DNA of 64,000 bases, from positions 248,001 through 312,000 of the forward strand of contig NW_020844534.1 in the NCBI RefSeq assembly GCF_003704095.1, in the 5' to 3' direction. Source of the stretch: Pocillopora damicornis (Eukaryota). Shown here piece by piece: positions 52,001 to 64,000 of this stretch (positions are counted from its first letter, which is position 1; every line of letters starts with the position of its first letter). The notes below the pieces were generated by a model, which was not told the DNA's origin, ran no database searches, and was given only the letters and a program-made list of their open reading frames with translations. Position numbers and translations under genes: made by a program.

Positions 52001-55000
52001 GCTACATCAGGCTATGCTATATGGTTTAAATTATAGAGAAATCCAGATATAAGACAAGTGTCTTGTAAGTTGTACATATGGGCTTCGCTTCTCAGTTTTA
52101 TTCTGGTGAAAAGTTTGTGTAATGTGTAGAAGGGGGTCTTAGGAATGAGATTTAATGTCTTGATTGCTTCCAGCAGTAATATGTGGATGAACTCTCTTGT
52201 TCTCCAAGAAGTTAACTTAAAGAAACCCTGTGAAAGAAAGAATTTTTTTCAAGGTTTTTTTTCAGCTTTGAAATATGGAGATGATGAAAAGCAGATGGTG
52301 TTGTATGTCAAGTTTTTTAGTGGTTCAACAGTTGTCTTACCTCCTGTACCAAGAGGTGATGACTATTTATCTTAGATGACGCTTCTTAACTTAATAGAAT
52401 CTAAGAAAACATTCTCCTAGGAAGAACTAGAGAAAAAGCCTAGGAAAATTGAAATGGAAATACATGGGACATTACAAGTTGGATGATATAGATTATTTGA
52501 AGTTTTCATCTGTGGGTTTCATTTGCAGGTGCAAAAATAATTATAGAAATGGCATTGGAGAGGCAGGGTAAAGAACCCTTTTGACAAGTTTGAAGTCAAT
52601 CAGCTCCTTTACATTAATTGTTTTGCTTTATCTCCTTCCTGTGGACACCTTTCTTGATCAATTATGAAATTCTCCCTGCACTATAAACACCCTATCAACC
52701 AGGCACTCTACTTGGATTAAGGAATTAACAATATACACATGCTGTCTAAATGTAATGGGAGAATGAAGAGTCAGATCTCTGATCGGGGTTTCAGCAGGTT
52801 AAACAATTCTGTGGTGGGTGCACTTCTCTCTACACTTTTCACAAAGTGGTAGATTGTATTCCCCAAAGGAGAAGTATGCTCCAGAGATCATGTTATTTTT
52901 ATTTCCATTTTTAAAGGTTTATATGAAATTATAACACTAGTGACATTGAGATTCTATCTAGTAGTCTATATTCTTGAAAATTATCTTTAAATGTGCTAAA
53001 AATTCAAAGGAAGATGCCACTGTCTGTAATCTTGCTCAGCATTGTGGCTGCCACCTTTGATGTTTCAAAGTTTCATTCCCCTTTTTGTCAAATCTTAGTA
53101 ATGTGTCTGAACATAAATGAGTTGCACAAAAAGGCGTTTTTAAATTTTCAATTTGTTTTTCTCTGACAGTTTGTTCTGATTCCCACCCTTTAGGTGTTTT
53201 GTGGTAGGTTTCTGAATTGTTTGTGTGCCAATAATCGACCATACTCTCTATTGTAGCACAATAAAGGACAATTTTTGAAGGATGAAGGTACTTGTCGAAG
53301 TCTCAAAAGGCTGAAATTACGCAGATGAGAATTATATCTTCTTTCCCTATAAGCTTTTCACGGAGTGACCAATAAAAATGTCTCTTTGCAGTATAATTAC
53401 ATTGTTAAGCAGGTAGTCTGAATTGAGAATTATACTAGTCTATAAACAACTTTATATAATGCCAACTTCTCTTAACTAAACTTGTAAGAAATGCTTGGAA
53501 GACTGTCAGGAAGACACTTACTTAATACTTATGGTTTCATTAAAGACTATCATTTCACCGATAGCAAAGAAAGAAAATAATTGTTAAAATAAACAATTAT
53601 CCTCAATAGGATTACTTGATTTCTTATTTATAAAAAGAGCATGGGTCTTGTTATTTGGACGGCAGTTATGCATACAATAATTTTATCCAGGTCCAGTTTT
53701 GCATTCTGATCTTGTTTGTTGATTATAAACTGATTCAGACAAGAATGATGGACATTGACCTGTGAAAAAGAATGATGAGCAGTTATTAAGCAGTGCCTTC
53801 AGGTACTGCATGGACTATAACATTGTACTAAGCCACAGGAGATGTAAGAACTTTCTGTTTGTTTGCCTTGGTTATTATAAGTACAGCTCAGCAGTAAAAG
53901 GGAAACAAAAAACAAACAAACAAAAAAACAAACAGAGAAACAACCAAACAACTGACTGTCACATCAGTGATATGTTGCCACATAGGCCCAGAAAGGAGAA
54001 AACAAATTGATGAGTTGAGGGAAGAGGTTCACATGTACCTAGTAAAATCTTGTTTGAGAATGAACTTCTCACTGACAACTTTTTACCAAATGGTAACCCA
54101 TTTGTATAACAGTTATGGAAATTGACAACCCTTTTATATTCATAAAGTAAAACTCTGTATTCCTGAAATTTCCTTTTGTTACAAAGGAAAACAAGGGTAA
54201 AGGCTTGAAAACTAAACAGCTTTAACTCACTTTTTTATTGAGTTTATCATAAGTTTACCCTTTCACCCTTCTGCAATCTTTCTTGCCCTTACCTATCCCT
54301 GAACCAGTTAGTAATTCCCTATCCTTCCATACGGCCCAAGCCTTTAAATGGTGCCTCTCTACGACATAGCTATCTCTTAAAGTCTTAAAAGGAATTGTAC
54401 AGGGTATATCCTACTCTTAAGTCTGTCTCCTTTGCTGTTGCTGCTTAGTCTTAAAAGACCTAAAGCAGTTTCTCCACACTGTCAACCTTGCAGAGATGAG
54501 ACCAAACAACAGCTTCATATTTAACTTCACCTTGAATAGAAGTTAAGTGGACTATCAAAACTTAAAGCACTTCACTTCCCTTGTGTACCCAGCCACCAAA
54601 ACTTTGGGGTTAGACCAGAAATTTTCCTGTAAAATACCCTTACTTCTCTGAAAAACAAGATATTCAGATGGGGATTGCACTTCAAAAATGACAAGGTAGG
54701 TGTTGCTGTAGAAGCTCCTCATAAACTAAAAAGGGAACTTCTTAAATCAAAATTCGTCAAATTAAATATGCAAACAATCAAAAATCCTTGAAAATAAATT
54801 TCATTATTTTCACCACAATAAAGTTTACTTTTTATAACAGTTATTTGCTTTTTCACCCATTGCTTACAGGAAAATCGTCATCCAAATTTGCGACATTTGA
54901 GATACTTTGAAAACTTTGCGGTAGACCGAGAGATTTGTCTTGCAACCGGAATATTCTGAGACAAACCGGAAGTACTGACGGGTCAGAAAGCACGCGATTG

Positions 55001-55150
55001 TCGCGGGCGACTGCCGCGACTTTTACCTTAGTGCTCAGTCCTTTCCAGCTTATTCTCGGCCGCATGGTAACAAGATGGCTGACCCTCTGTAAAGTTGTTC
55101 GCAGAGTTTTGCAAGTCTTTTTCTCCTTCAATTTAGCATTATTCTCGAAA

Positions 55151-58100
55151 ATGGCACGACAGAGGAAAGGAAAACACAGTTTCGATTCTTCAAGAGATCA
55201 TGTAGATAGGACTAAATTTCCTCGGCGCCGGGTGAAGGAATCTTCTTTCAAACCAATTCTAGTGCTGGCAGCTGTTTTTGGTCTTCCATTGTTTTTGTTT
55301 GGAGCGTATAAACTTTGGAATTACAAATTGTCCACACGTCTTTTCATGCCACTCGATGCGCCGTTAGTTATAAACAAGAGTGAAATGGAAATGAGTCGCT
55401 TCTGGGGAACATATCGATCTAACCTCTACTTTGGGCTGCGGTAAGAAAATTATAGATTTGAAAAAAAAAAAAAGCTGACACTATTTTTTTCTTAAATTAT
55501 GACGACTCACTTGAGCTTGGTTATCTGTTAGTTTCAGTTACAAAGCTAAATTCATTACCTTTTAAATTTTAAGACTAAAGTCGTTAAACATGACTTCTGA
55601 GGATTTTTCTCCCGAACCCTTGAACTCTGAAGAATGATGAGCATCAAGTTTCTCCTTACAGAATCATGGCTGAATCAAACAATAAGGTAATGGGAATAAA
55701 GGGAATGATCACCATCTAGAGAATCCTGGACTGTGAAACAAATTCTCCTGGCAAATTCCATGTGAAATGTCTAGAGAACAGTGTGTTGATTATGCACACT
55801 AATTTTAGGGTGAAGAGGAGTAATGGAGACTGTTGTAGAGGGTTCTGTGAGGACAGGTGAGCTTACCCTATTTGGGGGGAGTTCTATCCACCAGATCCAT
55901 ATTGTTTGGCCCTTTACACCCTAACATCAAAATGCATATTCTCCATACTGTTCTCTATACATTTCCTAAGGTGCTGAAAAGGAGAATTTGATGATCAATT
56001 ATGAGCCTCTTTAATTGGAGATCATATCCTTTATTCTCATGACCTTTATCTGTAATTTAGAGATGATATTGTAAGGAGAAATAAGATGCTAGTCACTCCA
56101 CGGATTTAAAGGATTAAAGGGTAAATTGTCATGCAAGTGTTCATTTATAACAAAGATGTGATGATAATTAACTCTAGCCCAACAAAATGTAAGGCTGGAT
56201 AGGAATTTATCCTTCAGTCAGTCTTCACTATATTTCAAACAGCTTAGGGAAGGTGCTGTGTCTTTGGTTACCCTACATATTTAAGAAGTTTTAACTTGAT
56301 GAGAAAAAAATCAAGTATTTTCTTGATCTCATTTCCAAGAAAATGAATCAATGTAAAAGGTGTTGAAGTTACTATCCATTGAGGAATTGATAATTTAAGG
56401 TAACAAAACCATTTTCAACCACCTCAAAGAGATACATTGATAGAGTTAGGAATTGGGCCTAACTGTAGCAAAAATCATTTTTACATTTACTGCAATAATG
56501 TGAGTTCATCTTAAACTGGTCTTCTGGAGAATGATTTTGAGACCATTATTACTGGATCAAACTAGACCAACAGATCTTCTTTTTTGTGTGGGAATATCAA
56601 ATATAGGATTACCTCTTTCATCTCCATAACCCTACATAGAATGTATAATTATGGCAGAAAATGAAGACGCATGCTATTTTTTTTTAATTTAGCTGGCCAC
56701 CTTCCAGAAGATTTTGTGTGGATTGAACTTGCTCAATTACAAATCTTTTTCTATTGTCCACAGAACAAGGAGTCCTAAGTCCCTCATGACAGGTTTAATG
56801 TGGTTCCCTCAGCTTTCACCTGATGGTCAAGTAACCATTCGTCACACTTGTGAACAGTCTGATGGGCTTCCCAAGTATGGTTGGCTTAAACACGATGGCA
56901 CCAACTTTGCTTCTCAGCAAATAGTTGACAAAGATTTTGAGTTGAATACAGACTTTGTGAAAAGGTTGGGTGGAGATCATGGTGGAGACTGGACTGCAAG
57001 AATTTCAGGAAAGAGAACGGTTGGTGTTTTTTTGCCCCATTTAGTCATACCCTGATTCTCAGGGTCACTTAATGACACAACAAGCATGAGCTAATAATCA
57101 GCATTTTTGAAATGTGTCCAAAATCAAACTTCAAAGAGATGCACTGATTTTTCCTTTCTGACCTTTGCTTAATTGCTGACAAGAGAGATAGTTTTTCAAC
57201 CTTAAGTTACTTTTCACCAGTCTCATTCACAGACTTGATTTTTTGTTTAATATTTTATCTTAGATTTAACTGTCAGATTGAGGTGAAATTGAAAATGTAA
57301 ACAGTTTAAATGCAGTATTTCATCGTAGATACTTAATCGAAATTTCAAATGACTCTAAATCGTTTAACACTTTGAAATATGTTTATTCATTTGTTATTTT
57401 TGCGTCCGATTCGTTTTTTAGGGAAACCCCAGGCAGATGGTTTCGTTACTTTTCTATGTCACTTACGAAGGAGAAGCCCAACTGCAGCCAGTTGTCCACA
57501 AGAACACACTTACAGCGCTGCGCGGTTACACGCCTGAACTCGGTTCTTTTAAGCTATATTTTCCACGCCCCTCTAAAGTCTTGTTGTCGTCGTTCTTAAT
57601 TACACACACGCCGCACGTGCATTCGGTCAAGGAAATAGTGATGCAGAACATGCGTGGGGAAAAAATGAAAGATGGCAAGAATATGCAGCTGCTTGCCTTA
57701 GCAGGTCACGTGGCTAAACGTGACCAGAATGGGCGTGAGTTACCAGTGAACCTATTTGTCCAGCAATGGATTCTCGAACTTCCTTTCGACGTGGAGTTTG
57801 TGTTCGAGTCTGAAAGTTCCTCAACCAGGGAGAAAAGCCTGATAGGGGCTGCTTTCACGAATCTTAGAGATAAATACAGCGCCGAATTTGACAAAAAATT
57901 TGAAGAAAAGTTTTCGTTGAAGGCTAAAGGGTTTAATGACGATGAGGTTAAATTTGCGCAGGCTGGGCTAAGTAACATGATTGGAGGCATTGGTTATTTC
58001 TATGGAAGCTCAAAAGTGATTTCTCGGTTCTTTAAGGAACCGAAAGATTACTGGGAAAGCGCTTTGTACACCGCAGTTCCGTCGCGTCCTTTCTTTCCAC

Positions 58101-59302
58101 GAGGTTTCCTCTGGGATGAAGGCTTCCACCAACTACTAATCAGTCAGTGGGACTCGGATATAAGCAAAGATATCATCGGCCATTGGCTGGATTTGATCAA
58201 CATTGAAGGTTGGATTCCTAGGGAGCAGATTCTCGGCGACGAAGCCCGAACGAAAGTACCTTCAGATTTCGTCGTACAGCACAACGAAAACGCAAACCCA
58301 CCCACTTTGATCCTGCCTATCAAATCGATGGTGGATAAGGGCGTGTTGGATGAAGAATACTTGCGGAAGATTTTTCCTCGCCTGAAGGCGTGGTTTAATT
58401 GGTTCAACACTACACAGTTAGGAAATCAACCATCTACATACAGGTGGCACGGGAGGGATGCTAAGACAGACAGAGAGTTGAATCCTAAGACGCTTACCTC
58501 CGGGTTGGATGATTATCCCCGTGCGTCGCACCCGTCAGACGATGAAAGGCACGTTGATCTACGTTGCTGGATGGCATTTGCTGCTGGACTGATGGCTGAC
58601 ATCGCTGAGGCTGTGGGTGAGAAGTCAGATGCCGGCTTGTACAAATCAACGAGCCAGTATCTGTCGGACAACAGGCTGTTGGACGAGTATCATTGGTCTT
58701 CAAAGGCGGAGACGTATAGCGATTTTGGCAATCATACCAAGTTTGTGAAGCTTGTTCAGCGTGTCATGTATCCGAATCAACCCGGTTCGCCCAAAAAGAC
58801 TGTTCGCGTCGTTACATCAAAGCAGGGTCCTTCTCTTAGGTACGTGAACGCAGTTGGTTACGTCAGCTTGTTTCCATTTCTGCTTCAGATCCTAGATCCC
58901 ACTTCACCCAAACTTGAAAAAGTTCTCACTCAGTTAAGAGACCCAGAGAAGCTGTGGGGTAAGTACGGTATACGGTCCTTGTCCAAGAGCGACCCCGTCT
59001 ACAAGAAGCACAACACTGAACACGATGCTCCTTACTGGAGAGGAGCCATATGGATCAACATCAACTTCCTGGCCGTGAGGGCCTTGAACCACTACGCTAG
59101 CATCCCGGGGCCTTACCAGGGCACAGCTAAAGCAATTTATACAGATTTACGACAAAATCTAATCAAAAATATGTTCAGGGAGTACGAGAGGTCAGGGTTC
59201 ATATGGGAACAGTACGACGACGGGACAGGTCATGGGAAGGGGTCTCATCCTTTCACAGGGTGGTCCTCTCTCGTGGTGCTCATGATGTCAGAACATTTTT
59301 AA
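55151..59302 (+). CDS. MOGS: Mannosyl-oligosaccharide glucosidase (ER glucosidase I, GH63), 3 exons, about 808 aa
   Basis: Exons 55151-55440, 56764-57019 and 57422-59302 total 2427 nt in frame. Basic N-tail plus type II TM segment; motifs FWGTYRSNLYFGLRTRSP, RHTCEQ, HGGDWTARI, VPSRPFFPRGFLWDEGFH, LTSGLDDYPRASHP, YWRGAIWININ, PFTGWSSLV. Confidence 0.97.
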
Positions 59303-60435
59303 AAATTTAGCACAGGTTTTTAAAATTTATTAGAACAAAATAATATTGACTATTGATTGTGACTCAAAAGAACACTCTAAAAGAGATTTTATCGTAGTTC
59401 GTTCAAGGGCGCCTTTGATTGGGTGTCGTAAACCCTAAACTTAAGTAATCACAAGTTAGGTCGAAGAAAAGGAACAATATGTGCATCTACCGTAAACGCT
59501 CTAATAAACTTTCTCCTTTGTTGTCCCTCTTTCATAATAAGACTCCTCCTCCCTAATAATGTCTCTCCTTAATAAGTCCCTCTCCAACAGGCCTCTCCCC
59601 TCCCCAATTGGCCCCTATTTTCCTTGTCTTCCCCCCTCCCCAATAAAGTACTCAAAACAAGTGGTGTAACAATCATTCGTTCGGGAAAGATAGTTTTACA
59701 GATTAAAATATACTCGTATTTAAAAGTCTAAATTAGTTTCCTAACTCTGGGCGACAATTCAGAAGTATGAAAACGGCTCACATGTTGTTCCTCAGTGAGA
59801 CAGAACTGTGGTGACAGTAATAGCTACAAAGTAGACGAATATTTACACAATTCCAACCATGCCGTTTCTCTTTACTCGTGCTTAGTAAGTAATATGAAAA
59901 ATTCAATCTTTCATCATCGCTGGATCCCGTCCAAAAGGAATGAACTGATTTTCACCGTTTAAATTTGGAAGAGTAAAAATCTGTGAATTTCGTGAACTGC
60001 TTATCGCTTTTTTAAGCTTGGAAGAGTAAAAATGGGTAACTTTCGTGAACCCCAGTCCTTTCCTTGTAACTGAAGATCAGTATGAAAAAAAATATCACTG
60101 ATTTAGTTGAGTGGTATGGCCTCCTAACCGTAAGTCTCGAGATCAGACTGATACTTCTCTCTTCAAGCTGTTAAACAGTTGCTTGTAAATTTCTTTAGAG
60201 CGTTAAAATAGAGTCCGCCGCTTACTGTTCAGTTTTTTCTATTCTTATCACCTGTTTACTGGCTACTCAATTGATACTGTAAGGAAAATTACCATGTTAA
60301 TCGGTTTGGGTTTTAATTAAGGGTTAAGAGTTCACCCTATGGTTTTCGTAGATGGGTCACAATTAGTTGTTAGCCGTACAGTACTGATGATAGACTCTAC
60401 CTTGGTCGTAACGATGGTATCAAGAACTGGTAAAC

Positions 60436-60640
60436 TTAACCCTTCAACTCCCAGAAGCAATGAACATGTAATTAGAATATCCATACATAATCCAGCAAGC
60501 AGGTAATGAGAAAACTCAAACTTATCAGGTAGGATTTGTTCTCACGATCTAGCACCAAATTCTCGTAACCAATTTGTAAGGAAATGCGAAACAGCTAGAA
60601 GGGAGGATTAACAATCACATCTTGGGAGTTCAAGGGTTAA
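60436..60640. mobile_element. Intact piggyBac-type MITE
   Basis: TTAA-CCCTTCAACTCCCA...TGGGAGTTCAAGGG-TTAA: 13/14 TIR match and TTAA duplication. Confidence 0.85.
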
Positions 60641-61884
60641 AGCTAACTGTTATCAAAGACGCCAAAGGTGGATTTGAAGAATCTAGTCATGACTGTTTTC
60701 ACTTTCACACCGTGACAATATTTCCTGCCAATAATTCATACCCAACATGTCGCTATATATTGTATAAAATATAAGTTTGGGGAAAGGATGGGCTCCTTGG
60801 ATACTGAAATACCCATTATTTTTTTCCATGAGGCACTTAAATGGCCTTTAAAACTACATTCGCTAATCCAATCTCTATTGTGAAAGACAGCCGGGTTAAA
60901 ATGGATGAGAGTAACAGATCATTCTCGGATCAAAGACCGAGCCCCTGGCCTCTCTTTGAAACAGAGGCTCGTGAAATCTTGGGGATGTCCTATTCCATCG
61001 CGTCCAACCAGCTGAATCATGAGAGGAGAGGAGGATAGAGAAATGGGAGAGAAAAGTTAGCCGTGAGAGAGGAAAGGGGAGCATGAGAAAAGTTAGCTGT
61101 AAGGCCAAACCGCGTGACCGTGGAAAACTACCTCTCGTGATACTGGAAAAAAAAGTTGGACCATTTATCTATAGTAGTGGAGCAAATATTTTTTATTTAA
61201 ATTTAGTTCAAGTCAAAATAGTACGGATGAAATTTTTATTTGTGAGGTGACCAAACGGACCTAAACCGAAAGCATACAACAGTAGTAGTGTGACGCAAAA
61301 CACGCATATTATTCAAAGTGAACGGCACGTTGAAACTGTCCAAAACAATCTTCTTTATTTCTACTTTACTTGCGATCTGTAAGGAGATGCATTAAGAGCC
61401 ATTTAAAAACTTGATCTAAAAAAACATTTTTTTCCTTCGTTTGTTTGTTTGTTTGTTTGTTTGCGCGCTTAGTGTCTCATACTTGCATCTGTTTTGAGTT
61501 CTTATTGGTTTACTGTATGTTGCCATTTGCTAAGATTGACCACTTTCCGACCTATGAAACTGTACTGAAAACGCCATAGTACCCCTTCTCTCCCGACTTC
61601 AGCCATTTAGAACGACAGAGAGAAGACCCCACAGCGTTGTCCAGTCTCCCTAGCTCCGTAGGGTGGAAAGAGGAGAGACCCTGGGAACGATTTTGCTTAA
61701 TACTTCGTGCGTGTCAATTAACGGAAGTGTGCGAACTAGCAGGTTGTTCAAAAAATAAAACGCTTCCGAAACACAAAATTAACGTCCACGACAAATGACT
61801 GTAACAAAGTCTATATTACTGTTCAGAGATTTCCGCGATGTTTTCTGTGCTCTTCGTTTGGGCACTTTGCATCTACTCTTTTCC

Positions 61885-63925
61885 TTAAATCTCTGTTGGG
61901 TTATGTGAGGCATCATCCTTAAACACAGATATAAAAACATCGTGATTAAAAGATACAAATTTGCCCATTTATTTCTGTATTTTTCAAAAGAAATCGAAAT
62001 TAAAAAAATGAATAACCAATTACACCTATAAGAAAAAGGTTTAAAGTTGTATACACATGGAGACAACTACAGATCCATACCTCATCCGGCAAGTTAGCTG
62101 CTGCGTCTATTGCTTTCTTCCTGTTTTTTTCTATTAAAACAACAAAAAAAGAGACAAACAGATAAATGGTCTAATCGAGACATAATGTGTTGATTAGACT
62201 GGGTATAGCTTTAGAACACTAGAGTTGACTACTTTATCTCTTGAATAAACCCCTTTACCGCTTAGAGTGTCTGGCTTTTTATTTCTCCTTACACATCATT
62301 TAGGAATCAAAAGTTAAGGTCATGTGAATAAAAGAAATGATCACCTAATTGTAAAACAAATTACAAAAACTGGGATTTAATGGAGGACATTCCGCGAGGT
62401 GACTCTTCTTGTCCACTGTTTCCAGGTTGAATTGGAATTTAGAACGTTGGCTTTTGTGAAGGGGTGACCCAGAGAAAAACCCTTAGAGCAAGGACGAGAA
62501 CCAACAAAAAACGCAACCCACATGCGACACCAGGTCCGGGAATCGAATCCGGGTCACAGTAGTGGGAAGGCGTGCGTTCTCACCACCGTGCCATAAATGC
62601 TCTGATAAATTCTTTTTGTCAGTACCACAGGAATTGTAAAGAGAACAGTGGGAAGAGTATGAATGTTAACCTTAGGGTGGAAAGGGTCAACAAGTTAAAT
62701 GGCTCTCTAAAGTTAGAACTTAAACCACAAAACCAATGTAAGGCTTTCCCTCAGTTATGTCACAGAATGCAGCCCTCCCTCTTCAAGTATATCTTGCATT
62801 GAAAAAAAGAAATACTACCGGAGCCTATATTACCGAGAAACTGAGTAAGTGAGAACCTTCAAAGCACTTACCGAGAGCAGCTAAACTTTCAAATAACTTG
62901 TCGATGTGTTTCCTGATAATGATAAATGAAATAATGATGAATGAATTGGTAAATTGGCGGTTTAGTCCGTCAGACGATAAGTCTGTCAATCCGTCAGTCT
63001 CGCAATCAGGCAGGCAGGCAGTCAGTAAGACTTTCAGCCTAGCAGTCGTGAAGTCAGTCAGTCAGTCAGTTAGTCTAGCAATCAGGCAAGCAGTCAGTAA
63101 GACTATTAGCCTAGCCGTCTAGCAGTTGGTCAGTCAGTATAGCTACCAGGCAGGCAGTTGTAAAATTTTTAGTCTAGCAGTCTGTCAATCAATCAGCTTG
63201 CGAGCCATCCAGCCAATTTGACATTCAGTCAGTAAATCAGTCAGCCAAAAGTCAGTTGGTTCTCAAGTTTGTTTGTTATTACCAGTGTTGTGTTTTCTAC
63301 CTTCAAAAGTACTGATTGTATATGATACTAAGGAAAGAATAATAACAAGTGCCTTGCCTTTTATCAGGAGGAAGGTCGACTGCATCATAATAACGACTTC
63401 GTCTGCGACTGTTAAATTCAAACCCATACTTGGCTATCAGCTCAAAAGTTGCCTGAAAGAGTTGAAAAGTATCACAACAGCAACAAATATTGGGACCCAC
63501 GCACACAAAAAACACCTAATAAGACAAAGCGATAGACAAACTGTCAAATCTTTGGGGTGTAAAAATTTTACGGAAGTACATAAAATTGTCTGAAGTTATT
63601 GGATGAAGCAATGCAGTCTCAGGTAATATTCTGGAAGGATTTCCAAAAGTAGAGATGGAAAGAAACAAAGGCAATCCATGTAAAATTGCAATGAAACGAC
63701 ACCATGTATCTTACTTCTGATGCACACGTCTAAACTAAGCTTAGCGCATCCCTTTACCTTTCACCCAATATATCGATTGAAGCACCTACACACCTAGAGT
63801 GTGACATCCTAGCCAGAAAAATACTGTGACAGTCTAGTGTGACATGCAGCGTGACACTTACCACTACTTTGGTTTTGTCACCTTTCTTCACCGCCAGATT
63901 CAGTATGTTAAAGAGACTTGAAAAA
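61885..63925 (-). CDS. 3' part of an unidentified microexon-rich gene (5' end beyond the window)
   Basis: Predicted exons 63925-63862, 63729-63715 (15 nt), 63452-63358 (GC donor), 62880-62872 (9 nt), 62120-62081 and 61917-61885 chain in phase to FSSLFNILNLAVKKGDKTKVV-TCASE-ATFELIAKYGFEFNSRRRSRYYDAVDLPPDK-SCSR-KKAIDAAANLPDE-DDASHNPTEI*. Confidence 0.55.
62370..62594 (-). mobile_element. tRNA-derived SINE
   Basis: Minus strand starts ATGGCACGGTGGTGAGAACG (A box) and continues GGATTCGATTCCCGG (B box) into a non-tRNA body; no complete cloverleaf. Confidence 0.7.
62960..63260. repeat. Degenerate (CAGT/CAGG)n low-complexity repeat with duplicated subunits
   Basis: Many CAGT units; CAGGCAxGCAGTCAGTAAGACTxTxAGCCTAGC occurs twice. 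Confidence 0.7.
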
Positions 63926-64000
63926 CTGGAGTGAAATTAAAAAAAAATTACCATGAAAAGTCCATGTTTCTACAACGTAAGACTCACAAGACACGTGAAC

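Noticed and set aside
54935-55150. N-terminal extension of MOGS in the ORF track
   Set aside because: It starts at a non-ATG codon in the promoter/5' UTR; the ATG at 55151 gives the expected basic tail and TM anchor.
62535-62594. tRNA-like A and B boxes
   Set aside because: No full cloverleaf and it runs into a repeat body, so it is a SINE head rather than a tRNA gene.

Overview
Eukaryotic, intron-rich, AT-rich animal DNA. The repeat content (piggyBac-type TTAA MITEs, Penelope-type minimal hammerhead repeats, a tRNA-derived SINE) and the gene structures suggest a cnidarian, probably a stony coral (inference). I reconstructed spliced genes by hand from GT/AG boundaries and reading-frame continuity. 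In order: tankyrase 5' part (-), a dead Gypsy integrase/LTR relic, two tandem beta-propeller/SOCS-box genes (-; one carries an in-frame stop), O-GlcNAcase (+, 14 exons, hosting a U54-like C/D snoRNA), an intronless inducible-type HSP70 (-), PIGN (+), a divergent SIX-domain homeobox gene with a TALE-like recognition helix (+, crossing an assembly gap), PLPP4/5 (-) with a duplicated pseudo-exon, ACTR1 centractin (+, 17 exons), MOGS (+), and the 3' end of an unidentified microexon-rich gene (-). Three gene pairs are head-to-head. The strongest leads are an OGA C-terminal domain that keeps the GNAT acetyl-CoA motifs lost in human OGA, the SIX-domain/WFANARRR homeobox chimera, the SOCS-box pair (split SOCS box and possible intronization), the intronic snoRNA and the microexon gene. 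Two N gaps lie at about 37343-37442 and 41727-41833. No database searches were run; all human comparisons are from memory.
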